Shown here in pieces: positions 11,701 through 22,700 of a stretch of DNA of 64,000 nt. This DNA comes from Macrostomum lignano. Its lineage: Eukaryota. The DNA lies in NCBI GenBank assembly GCA_002269645.1, contig NIVC01002707.1, forward strand, positions 1-64,000, written 5' to 3'. A model generated the notes under the pieces. It saw nothing but the letters and a program-made list of their open reading frames with translations. It made no database searches and was not told where the DNA came from. Position 1 is the first letter of the stretch, and each line of letters starts with the position of its first letter. Both the position numbers and the translations under genes were made by a program.

Positions 11701-14154
11701 GAGACCGAGCTGCTGCGGCTCCGCAGGGAGGTGGCCAATCAGCATCTGGTCGGCAGTCAGCAGGCAGCGGCCGTCGCTGCCGCCGCCGTCAATGTCGCCG
11801 CGCCCACGAAGCTGCCGACGACCACGGCGACCGCATCGACAATGACGACGCCAAGAGTGGCCGCGGTTGAGCAGCCAGCATGCAGAACCACTGCGGGGCC
11901 GAGCAGGCTGCAGCGGGCGCTAGAGGTTTGAGAATGTGTTGAATTTCTGTTTTAATAACTTGCTGGGGAACTTTTCTGACCCTGTCTAACAGTTACAGAT
12001 ACTGTCTAACAGTTGCCTATCCTGTCTAACAGTTACAGATACTGTCTAACAGTTACAGATCCTGTCTAACAGTTGCCGATTCTGTCTAACAGTTACAGAT
12101 ACTGTCTAACAGTTGCCGATTCTGTCTAACAGTTGCCGATTCTGTCTAACAGTGTTAAGATACTGTCTAACATGTCTTACACATTTTGATTTTCTGTAAC
12201 AGGTTCAAGTCCTATTTATCTAACATTTTTTAACAATGCTACTATTTGGCAGCTAATTTAAGTTGAATCTTATTAAAAACATATTACTAATTGTTTAAAA
12301 TAATGTCGGAGCTACGCAATTTTAGATGAGCATTACCGGAACCTCGGCGAAGCCATCGACTGCTGCCTATGAACCGGCGCCCCCTGCGACACAGCCACCG
12401 CCGCCACCGCCGCGTCAGAAGCAGCAGCCGCAGCCCACAACGCCGCCTCCGGCGCCCCGGCTGCAGCGCAGCGCCGAGGACGAGCAAATCTCCGACAGGG
12501 TGCGCGGCTTCCTGACGCGGATGCAGACGCCGCCAGCAACGCCAAAACCGCAGCAGCAGCAGCAGCAACAGCAGCCGATGTCGGAGTCCCGCCGGCGGCA
12601 ACTGCGGCCGGTGCCAATTCAGCGGCTTCAGCAATTGCAGCAGCAGAAGCAGCAGCAGCAGCAGACACAACAGTCGGTTTTTCAAAGTCGACAACAGCCG
12701 CAGATTCGCCGACCAATTCGAACCGGAAGTTTTGGAGCCGGCGGCAGTGGCGGCAGCATTGTCGAACGACTTCGGGCCGAATTTCGCGACGCTCATTCGT
12801 CGGAAATTAAGCGACTCGCCGCCGCGTCGACAGCTGCGTCGCCGTCGGTGCCGGCGATGGCTTCGTCAACCGCGGCGCCACAAAATCCGCAGCTCTCGTG
12901 GCGGCCGCCGGCAGCTCAGCAGCTGCAGCAGCCAAGGCGCAGCGCAGCCTCGTCCATGACGAACATCCTGCAAGGTCTCGAGGCCATGAACTCGTTCCGC
13001 AGCGGCGCCGGCGCTGCCGTCGGGAGCGCGACATCGAGCGCCGTCCCCAGACTGTCTCTGGAGTCGGGGGCTGGCGGCGAGACTGGGAGGTGAGGCCGCT
13101 GCGTTAGCCAGCCATCTGTCACTCTAATAATCTGTCCCTCTGATATCTGTCACCTGTCACTCAGGTAATCTGTCACTCCAATGATCTTTCACTCTAGTAT
13201 TCTGTCACTCCAATGATCCGTCACTCCAATGATCTGTCACTCCAATGATCTGTCACTCTAATGATCTGTCACTCCAATGATCTGTCACTCCAATGATCTG
13301 TCACTCCAATGATCTGTCACTCCAATGATCTGTCACTCTAATGATCTGTCACTCCAATGATCTGTCACTCCAATGATCTGTCACTCCAATGATCTGTCAC
13401 TCCAATGATCTGTCACTCTAATGATCTGTCACTCTTATGATCTGTCACTCCAATGATCTGTCACTCCAATGATCTGTCACTCCAATGATCTGTCACTCCA
13501 ATGATCTGTCACTCCAATGATCTGTCACTCCAATGATCTGTCACTCCAATGATCTGTCACTCTAATGATCTGTCACTCCAATGATCTGTCACTCCAATGA
13601 TCTGTCACTCCAATGATCTGTCACTCCAATGATCTGTCACTCCAATGATCTGTCACTCCAATGATCTGTCACTCCAATGATCTGTCACTCCAATGATCTG
13701 TCACTCCAATGATCTGTCACTCCAATGATCCGTCACTCCAATGATCTGTCACTCCAATGATCTGTCACTCTAATGATCTGTCACTCCAATGATCTGTCAC
13801 TCCAATGATCTGTCACTCCAATGATCTGTCACTCCAATGATCTGTCACTCTAATGATCTGTCACTCCAATGATCTGTCACTCCAATGATCTGTCACTCTA
13901 ATGATCTGTCACTCCAATGATCTGTCACTCCAATGATCTGTCACTCCAATGATCTGTCACTCCAATGATCTGTCACTCCAATGATCTGTCACTCTAATGA
14001 TCTGTCACTCCAATGATATGTCACTGCTCGCAGAAGTGACACCCGCTGGAATCATCTTCGCGACTACGCCGAGGCTCGGGAGCTGACCGCCAGCGCTAGA
14101 AAGTACGCCGACTCGTTGGTGACGAAGTACCTGAGCCAGCAGGGGGCCAGCTGA
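8770..14154 (+). CDS. uncharacterised coiled-coil / low-complexity protein, 6 exons (8770-9225, 10149-10562, 10881-10997, 11428-11925, 12326-13089, 14034-14154)
   Basis: All junctions are GT-AG and phase-consistent (0,0,0,0,2). Exons 2-4 have heptad-like E/Q/R/L-rich sequence. Stop TGA at 14152-14154. No family recognised. Confidence 0.8.
9420..9850. repeat. intronic minisatellite, 20-bp unit CCTATTCCATTTCCTGGAAA
   Basis: About 19 copies in intron 1 of the 8770-14154 gene. Confidence 0.95.
10735..10875. repeat. degenerate intronic ATCCCAAATCCC-type repeat
   Basis: Imperfect repeats of ATCCC(T/A)AAT in intron 2, running up to the acceptor at 10880. Confidence 0.7.
11105..11375. repeat. intronic minisatellite, 16-bp unit ATCAAAGTGTCACAAG
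   Basis: About 16 copies in intron 3; the 16-aa periodicity in the ORF track equals 3 x 16 nt. Confidence 0.95.
11985..12170. repeat. intronic minisatellite, ~20-bp unit CTGTCTAACAGTTACAGATA
   Basis: About 9 copies with variants in intron 4. Confidence 0.92.
13115..14025. repeat. intronic minisatellite, 16-bp unit TCCAATGATCTGTCAC
   Basis: About 55 copies filling intron 5 to within ~10 nt of the acceptor at 14033. Confidence 0.97.
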
Positions 14155-14629
14155 CCTTCATTGTTCCTTCATCGGTGGATACGAATAATTAGGCGCAGGG
14201 GTTACAAAGGTTAGAAATCTTCAGAGACAGTCTTCTCGTAGCAAAAAGTTTTTATCTATCGAATTTCGAAAATAAACTTGATAAAAATTAAGTTCGCTTT
14301 AATTTTTTTCGTCATTTACGCGCATAACATTCTACTGTAGCCAGTAGTAGCTTTGAAACAAGTCCGCTGGGTCGGAGCTTGTCCGGGAATGGGGGCACCG
14401 TCTTCTAGATAGCTGTCATGTGCATTCACGCGTTACAGTTGTGCACCGCTTAGTAAGCACCTGTGGTGCTGTTCACTTTCATACTTTACTCTCGCGAACT
14501 TCGTTTTTTATAGTTCATGTTATTGACGTTTTTCAGCAACCAAATATAGTTCATAAAGGTTATCTATAAAGTAAGATTGATTTAATATTTTGGCGTATAC
14601 ATGTATTTCTCTGTCAGACTCCTAAGCAT

Positions 14630-15990
14630 CACTCTGTATGTATGTCTCACTTGGTCACTCTGTAAGACTCTCTCAGTCACTCTGTATGACTCTCTCAGTC
14701 ACTCTGTATGACTCTCTCAGTCACTCTGTATGACTCTCTCAGTCACTCTGTAAGACTCATTTGGTTACTCTGTATGACTCTCTCAGTCACTCTGTATGAC
14801 TCTCTCAGTCACTCTGTATGACTCTCTCAGTCACTCTGTAAGACTCACTTGGTCACTCTGTATGACTCTCTCAGTCACTCTGTATGACTCACTTGGTCAC
14901 TCTGCATGAGTCTCTCAGTCACTCTGCATGAGTCTCTCAGTCACTCTGTATGACTCTCTCAGTCACTCTGTAAGACTCACTTGGTCACTCTGTATGACTC
15001 TCTCAGTCACTCTGTATGACTCACTTGGTTACTCTGAATGACTCTCTGAGTCACACAGTTTCACTCTCTCAGTCACTCTGTATGACTCCTCAGTCACTCT
15101 CAGTCACTCTGTATGACTCTCTCAGTCACTCTGTATGACTCTCTCAGTCACTCTGTATGACTCACTTGGTTACTCTGAATGACTCTCTCAGTCACTCTGT
15201 AAGACTCACTTGGTCACTCTGCATGAGTCTCTCAGTCACTCTGCATGAGTCTCTCAGTCACTCTGTATGACTCTCTCAGTCACTCTGTAAGACTCACTTG
15301 GTCACTCTGTATGACTCTCTCAGTCACTCTGCATGACTCTCTCAGTCACTCTGTATGACTCTCTCAGTCACTCTGCATGACTCTCTCAGTCACTCTTCTT
15401 CACTCTCTCAGTCACACTGTTTCACTCTCTCAGTCACTCTGCATGACTCACTTGGTCACTCTGTATGACTCTCTCAGTCACTCTGCATGACTCACTTGGT
15501 CACTCTGTATGACTCTCTCAGTCACTCTGCATGACTCACTTGGTCACTCTGTATGACTCTCTCAGTCACTCTGCATGACTCTCTCAGTCACTCTGCTTCA
15601 CTCTCTCAGTCACACTGTTTCACTCTCTCAGTCACTCTGCATGACTCACTTGGTCACTCTGTATGACTCTCTCAGTCACTCTGCATGACTCACTTGGTCA
15701 CTCTGTATGACTCTCTCAGTCACTCTGCATGACTCTCTCAGTCACTCTGCTTCACTCTCTCAGTCACACTGTTTCACTCTCTCAGTCACTCTGCATGACT
15801 CACTTGGTCACTCTCTATGAATCTCTCAGTCACTCTGCTTCACTCTCTCAGTCACACTGTTTCACTCTCTCAGTCACTCTGCATGACTCACTTGGTCACT
15901 CTCTATGAATCTCTCAGTCACTCTGCTTCACTCTCTCAGTCACTCTGTTTCACTCTCTCAGTCACTCTGTTTCACTCCCTTCAGTCACTC
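14630..15990. repeat. complex minisatellite, ~22-bp unit CTCTCTCAGTCACTCTGTATGA with variants
   Basis: About 60 units with recurring variants (CTCACTTGGT..., GCTTCA, GTTTCA). Confidence 0.95.
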
Positions 15991-16564
15991 TGTTTGATAC
16001 TCAACTCGAAAAATATCAGATGAAACTGTTCTGATTCGATGAAAAGTCAAACAAACAGCGACACTTGTTGAGCAGCAGGCCCACAGTGTTCTCAATGAAG
16101 ATTGCAATACGAAAGGCAAGAAGTGTTGGAGACCAGCAGAGCAGGCCAGGGGACAATTCTGATCCCATCTCAGCACCGAGAGCAACAGAGATCATATGGG
16201 CAGAATGAACTGCAGCTGGCTCTAAATTAGGCATCAGATCAAAAACGCTCAGGGCAGGCTCTGTCTCTCTCTCTCTCTCTCTCCACTATTAGAAAAAAAC
16301 TCAGAGCAATGCGATTGTCTAATCTGCAATACTTCTGCAGCCGGTCCAATTCTAAAAAATTTAAGCTGCAATTTGCGTCGCTTTTGGATCGATGGAGAGG
16401 GTCCAGCATCCCGTGGCTCTGGACAGAGAGGCGGAAACCGGGGCGGGCGATGGCTGGGGTTGGAAGGGGGATAGAGATGCAGCAGTCAGTCCGCGGCTAA
16501 GCGTATTAAAGCAGCGATTTCTACCTGAGACCTAGGCAACAAGAGTTGTCTGAAGCAGAGGAAC

Positions 16565-16947
16565 ATGTCCGAGCTGGTGTGGATCGCCCACCTGACCCTT
16601 GCGGTGGTTTTCATCGCACTGCTGGTGGCCTCGTTCGCCAGGTTTCACTGGAAGCGCCAGCAGCAGAGGAAACGCCAGGAGGACAGCAAACTGGCCAGGG
16701 CGCTGCACAGGCAGATTCTGCTCAAACGGATGGCCCAGGCCGGAAGCGCCTTCGCCGCGGGCGCGCGGCTGCAGCAGCAGCAGAGGCAGCAGGCGCCAGT
16801 TCGCCTCGGTGCCATAGTGGAAGAGATGGACCGCGACTGTTCCAACTTTGGCGGCGCCGGGCCGAGCGGCTTCCAGGCCCAGCGAAGTCCGGAGCGGTTG
16901 AAACCGGCCGGACTCAACCTGGTGCTGTCCAACTTCAGGCGGGCAGG
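16565..16947 (+). CDS. first coding exon of a putative single-pass membrane protein
   Basis: ATG, hydrophobic LVWIAHLTLAVVFIALLVASFA followed by a basic stop-transfer RFHWKRQQQRKR. GC-rich coding-like sequence; candidate donor gcag|gtgggc near 16947. Downstream exon not resolved. Confidence 0.55.
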
Positions 16948-17004
16948 TGGGCACGGAAACGGATGAAGCTTAGACTGCACCGCGTGTGAGTTTTTCTGCA
17001 GTGT

Positions 17005-17590
17005 AAACTACCGACTACCTAGTGTAGAATACCAAATACTAGGGTAAACTACCGACTAGCTAGTGTAAAATACCAAATACTAGGGTAAACTACCGACTAG
17101 CTAGTGTAGAATACCAAATACTAGGGTAAACTACCGACTAGCTAGTGTAGAATACCAAATACTAGGGTAAACTACCGACTAGCTAGTGTAGAATACCAAA
17201 TACTAGGGTAAACTACCGACTATCTAGTGTAGAATACCAAATACTAGGGTAAACTACCGACTAGCTAGTGTAGAATACCAAATACTAGGGTAAACTACCG
17301 ACTAGCTAGTGTAGAATACCAAATACTAGGGTAAACTACCGACTATCTAGTGTAGAATACCAAATACTAGGGTAAACTACCGACTAGCTAGTGTAGAATA
17401 CCAAATACTAGGGTAAACTACCGACTAGCTAGTGTAGAATACCAAATACTAGGGTAAACTACCGACTAGCTAGTGTAGAATACCAAATACTAGGGTAAAC
17501 TACCGACTAGCTAGTGTAGAATACCAAATACTAGGGTAAACTACCGATTAGCTAGAGTAGGATACCAAATACTAGGGTAGACTACCGATT
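17005..17590. repeat. minisatellite, 41-bp unit CTAGTGTAGAATACCAAATACTAGGGTAAACTACCGACTAG
   Basis: About 14 copies; period 41 (17101 to 17142). Confidence 0.96.
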
Positions 17591-18479
17591 AGGGATGCCT
17601 ACTTCGATGACGGTAGTAAATAGCTTTTAGACAATACAATACATTTGCGTACTACTTAAGATGTGTACATCCAATCTATTGGAATCAGTCGTGCCGCAGA
17701 TTGTGGATAAATTACACTTGATATTAAGACACTCATGTCTAATATTTTTAAAGCAGTCTACTTGAATATTTACTACATCTTTTGCGCGCATATTCCAATA
17801 TTTAAGGCAAAGCTTTATTAAACTTTTGAAGCTATTTAAAACTATCATTAGAATAGAGCTAGTATATTGCTGGGCACGCCTACTTTTCTATCTATACTCT
17901 GTCGATAGGAAGATATTCATTGATATCCATATAGAAAATGTCAATTTATCTTACTCTGGGATACCTGCCAACTCCAACATGTACTGCCTTACTGCCTAGA
18001 TGTCTTCCCTCTCAGATCCTGTTTCCTGACTTTGGCGGCAAGTTTTACTATACTGCTACTGTAATCCATTCTTCTCTTTGTCTCCGTTTGCTGTGAATTT
18101 GTACTATCTGTATGCTTTGAGACCTCTCCATTTTTGCTGTATTTTTGCAATTAATGATAAATATAAATGCTTACGTACCAAGCAGACATTTAAAAGCGAG
18201 TAATTCTGATGTTCTTCGATAGTAATTTAGCAATTTAGTAATTTAGTAGTTTGATAGTAATGCGGCTTTGTTCTGCGCATATGAAGTGTCCTGCCAACTG
18301 GGGTATTGCAGACAGTGCAACAGGTCGCTTGGACAGGTCAGGCCAGAGTCTATCGTATGAGCCAAGATCTATTGGCCATTGTCTACATGTATGTTCCTTG
18401 CTTCAATGTCTATTTATGGTCTACAACCTGTGCTCTATGGTCCAGGGTCTATAGGCTACGGTCTATATGTTCCCCCACC

Positions 18480-18910
18480 GGTTCAAGGTCTATAAGCTAC
18501 GGTCTATGTTCCATGGTTCAAGGTCTATAAGCTACGGTCTATGGTCCTTGGTCCAAGTTCCATGAGCTACGGCCTGTGTTCCATGGTTTTTAAGGTCCAT
18601 GAGCTACGGTCTATGTTCCAAGGTTTAAGGTCCATGAGCTACGGCCTGTGTTTCATGGTTCAAGGTCCATGAGCTACGGCCTGTGTTCCATGGTTCAAGT
18701 TCCATGAGCTAGGGTCTGTGTTCCATGGTTCAAGGTCCATGAGCTACGGCCTGTGTTTCATGGTTCAAGGTCCATGAGCTACGGCCTGTGTTCCATGGTT
18801 CAAGGTCCATGAGCTACGGCCTGTGTTCCATGGTTCAAGGTCCATGAGCTACGGCCTGTGTTCCATGGTTCAAGGTCCATGAGCTACGGTCTCTGTTCCA
18901 TGGTCTATGG
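18480..18910. repeat. minisatellite, 35-bp unit TTCCATGGTTCAAGGTCCATGAGCTACGGCCTGTG
   Basis: About 12 copies; period 35 (18791 to 18826); degenerate flanks. Confidence 0.95.
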
Positions 18911-19782
18911 CCCACTGGACTCTGTCTATGTTCCTTAGTCCATAGTCCATGGTCTGTGATCTACCGGTCAATGATGAAATGTTCTGTTGGTCTGTCGTCT
19001 ATGGTAAGTGATCTGTGCCCATGATATGACTATTAGCCTCGTACATGGCTCATGGTCGATGATAATGGTTAAAAAAATCCAGATAATCACAATTAAGTCG
19101 AAACTGAGATTAGGATGCAGATTGCAAAGCCAGTCTTTCATGAACATCGCTACAGTGTGTTCTATAAGGCTAAATGGACGCGCCAAGCATATGGAAGGGA
19201 CCGTTGACAGTGCAAGGCCTGCAATCTTTGGGTTGGGAGGCTTATTGACTGAGACAGAGAGAATATACAAACACAAGCAGGCACGCGCAGGGTGAAGGAA
19301 GTACTAGGTAAAAGAAGGCATTGGCTAAGATCTAAACAAGCAAGACATCGCCGAGTGTCTCTGGCATCTAAGTAGCGTTAGATCCAAGCTAAGTAAGCGG
19401 CAACAAGGCAGAGGGCAGCCTCTGCAACGTCGGAATCACGGCTCCCATGGCTGTGTTTGCTCAGGCTTTTTACAGGTTATTGGCCTGTCGGCTCTGTCAG
19501 CTGAAATAAAATCTGAAGCCCTTTCGGCGCCAAGAATCCGAGGCGAAACATGGCTTTTTTATGCGCAAAGTTCTCTACTAATAGTACTGCCGAAAAATCA
19601 TTATGTTTCAAGCATTGAACAAACCGATTAAGATAGTCATGAAGAAGGTCCTGAAGAGGCAAGACAAAAAACTACGCTCGTAAATATAATAAATGGTTGG
19701 ATAAAAATAGTCAAACAATTTTTTCTGCCAAAACAATTGCATTAACGAAAAGTTTGAAATTGTTTAAACAAAGCAATTCATG

Positions 19783-22700
19783 TCAGAGGCAGGTACAGCA
19801 TCGGCGGGGTTGCGATTCCGTCGCATGGGACTCAGTTTTTGACGAATCAGGGGTCGACAGCTCAGATGAGGTTGAGCCGGGAGAGTTTGATTCAGTTGGG
19901 TCAAGCAGCTCAAACAGCATAATGGGCGCATTGTGCGTGAGAACCAGAAGGTCCCGCCCGGCCTCACCGATCAGGCAGAAGCCAACGGGGTCTGACTCAA
20001 ACAGGTAGTTAGCAACGCGACAACCGTCTGATATACGGTACACCTGAGCAAGATCGGGCAATGAGGTGCAAAACTGTGAAGATCCGAACTCTACACCAGT
20101 ATCCGGAATTATAAGTAGTAAAAACTACAAATTTACTAAATCTCACTTGCAAGCCTCGAGGTGGAATAACTGCGAACATGTCCGAATTGTTCATGGATTC
20201 GTCATCGAATACGGCGAACTCCACCTCGTAGGCGGGAAAGTACACCTGGCCAACAAGCAGGCTGCAGTCTGGCGTGGCCTGCAGTCTGACAAAGTACAAG
20301 TCCTCGTCCTGACTGAGACAGCGGATCACTTCGCCTTTCATGTAGTCCACAATCTGAAGCTTGTAGTTGACCAGGTGCTGGTTGTCGTGGAGGAAGGCCA
20401 CTGCGGGTCCCATGTCGAACACTTTGCCGATGGAGTGCTGGAACTGGATCTCGCTGGTCGGAGCTCCTTTCTCCACGTCGCTGTAGTCGAGGCGCACAAC
20501 CGCGCCGAGCCAAATCGGAGGAACTCCGACGCCGACGCGAATCTCCTCGGACGCTTTGAGGTGTTGGCTGAAGGCCAGGTTGAGCGTACACTTCTCTGGC
20601 AGGAACTGAATGTCGACGAGGTCGTTTCTTTTTGACATCCGCTTGTTAATGAAGTCCGCTATCATTTCTTGTCGGTTTTGACTTGTAAAGTCCTGCCGCG
20701 TTTCCAAATTTCCATCCTCTGCTTCATCGGCACGACTGGTAGCTTCAGATGGAAATATTATGTGGTTAAATTTTTTCATGAAGCTTTTTGATAGTACTTT
20801 GTCAAAAGAGTCAGTACTTAGTCCAAATTGGTCGCTCAAATCGGAAAGATTGTACCTGCACCCTCTGAGAGTTGTCAGTCTGATGACTGATAAATAGCTC
20901 TCTTTAATGTCCTGCAGTGTAAGCCTAATTGTAATTAGCAACTTCTTCGCTTCGTTTATAAAGACAATGTCTAGTATGTTGTCTTCAGACAAAATCGGCG
21001 ATTGAAGGAACTTGGTATTCATCATATTAGCTTTTGCTGTCGTCTGAAGGGCGCAGCGTTGCTGTTCCCTTGTGGGATCCTCATTGGGATGCTCTGAAGC
21101 AACAGTAAATCGAACTCCAAATACATCTTTGCTCTCATTCTTAGACTTCGGTTGTTCGTCATTGGCACCGAATAACGACTCAATCAGATCAGAATCGCGT
21201 ATAACAATCGTCGTGACCTCTCTTTGTCCGGGTCGGCAACGAACTTCAATTTGGGGCTTAGTGGAAAGGACGCACTTTTCTTCATCTTGATCAAGCGTAT
21301 TCGAAGACTTTTCGCGAATGTTTATACTAATTGTCTCCTTACCTATGATATCGACTTCGTATTTGTTAGTTAGCGATACAGCGCAACGTGCTTGCCTTCT
21401 CTGGGTAAATTTTGGAAGCATGACGGCAGACTCCTCTCTAATTGACGCATCGTGAAATGACTTAGTATTGTACACCTTAGCCATGATGTACATTCGCTCG
21501 TCAGTGTCACCGGCCGACTCATCGGGAAAATGGCAGATGGTAAAAAAATCGGTACCCCTTGGCTGACCGGATAAAAAACTCTCAGCCGATCCCATTCGAA
21601 TGCCTCTGATGAGTTCACCTGATTCAACTGACCAAACTAGAAGCAGAACTTTAGTGCCAGAAGTAAATAGGAGCTTTTCATCTTCCGTAAATTTTGCTTG
21701 AGTTCCGTCACCAAATGCCGAAACAGCAGATTTAAACTCGCTGTTTGCCTGAGTAATCCTCAGTGGAGTCGCCTTTCGCGCTGCAACATCGAATATGACT
21801 CCCCGAATTGGTTCCTGTTGCGCGTCAGTCAATTTGGCTCGCTTTTTCAAAAGAAAGGCTAGCCTCTCTCTGGAGGCGCTTGCAAAGTTTTGCGAATATT
21901 TCACTTCGAGAACAGTATTCAAATCTATTATGTGAACAGGTTTGAGAGACCCACAAGTAGAAAAAACGACGAAAAACGTTCGCGACTCAACATCTCTATT
22001 ATTAGTCTCTCCAGTGGCAGTTATCATTGCGACAATATCTCCTTTGGGGCCAAAAAGGCAAGCATTTGCTCGAATTTTTTCGGCACTTAATAGTAGATTT
22101 AAAGAGCTCGAGTTGTCCGACACAGCTTTTGCAGAGCTTGACCATGAGTCCATGCGCCACATACGTTTAAGATCAGCTTTGTCCATGGACTGGAAATTTT
22201 CAGAAAAATATAACCGAGAAGTCACTCTAGTCACCAAATTCATAACCACCAACAATGAAGACGCCTTATCATTTATGTCCAAACAGAAGCACAACAGATT
22301 GCTTTTGCCGTCGAGGTTTTGGGTGCCAATATTTGAAGTTCCACTTGTCTCTTCGTCATAAAGAGTAACGAACTTCTTCTCTCCGATTGACAGCAGTCTA
22401 AGAGTGCTTGTTCCCGTTGAGTCACTCTTTCCCTTGCAACAAAGCACATAGTCCTTTGTCACATATTCTACGTCATCAGATGACACACTCCATGATGGGT
22501 CAGAGTCATCAGTTTCGTCACCCTGCCGTTCATGAAGTCGACTCGAACGAGATCTTGCGACTTCTGCGCCTCTTCCTCTCCAGACATCATCTTCTTCATC
22601 ATCCCGTCTACGTCCAGCTTCTCCATGATGCTGTCTGGAATCTCTCCAGCGTTGAGCGATTCCATCATGTCTCGCAGCTCTTGCGGCACATCCTTGTTGC

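Noticed and set aside
17005-17590. CRISPR-like appearance of the 35-46 bp arrays
   Set aside because: Units are head-to-tail with no unique spacers, there are no cas genes, and the context is eukaryotic.
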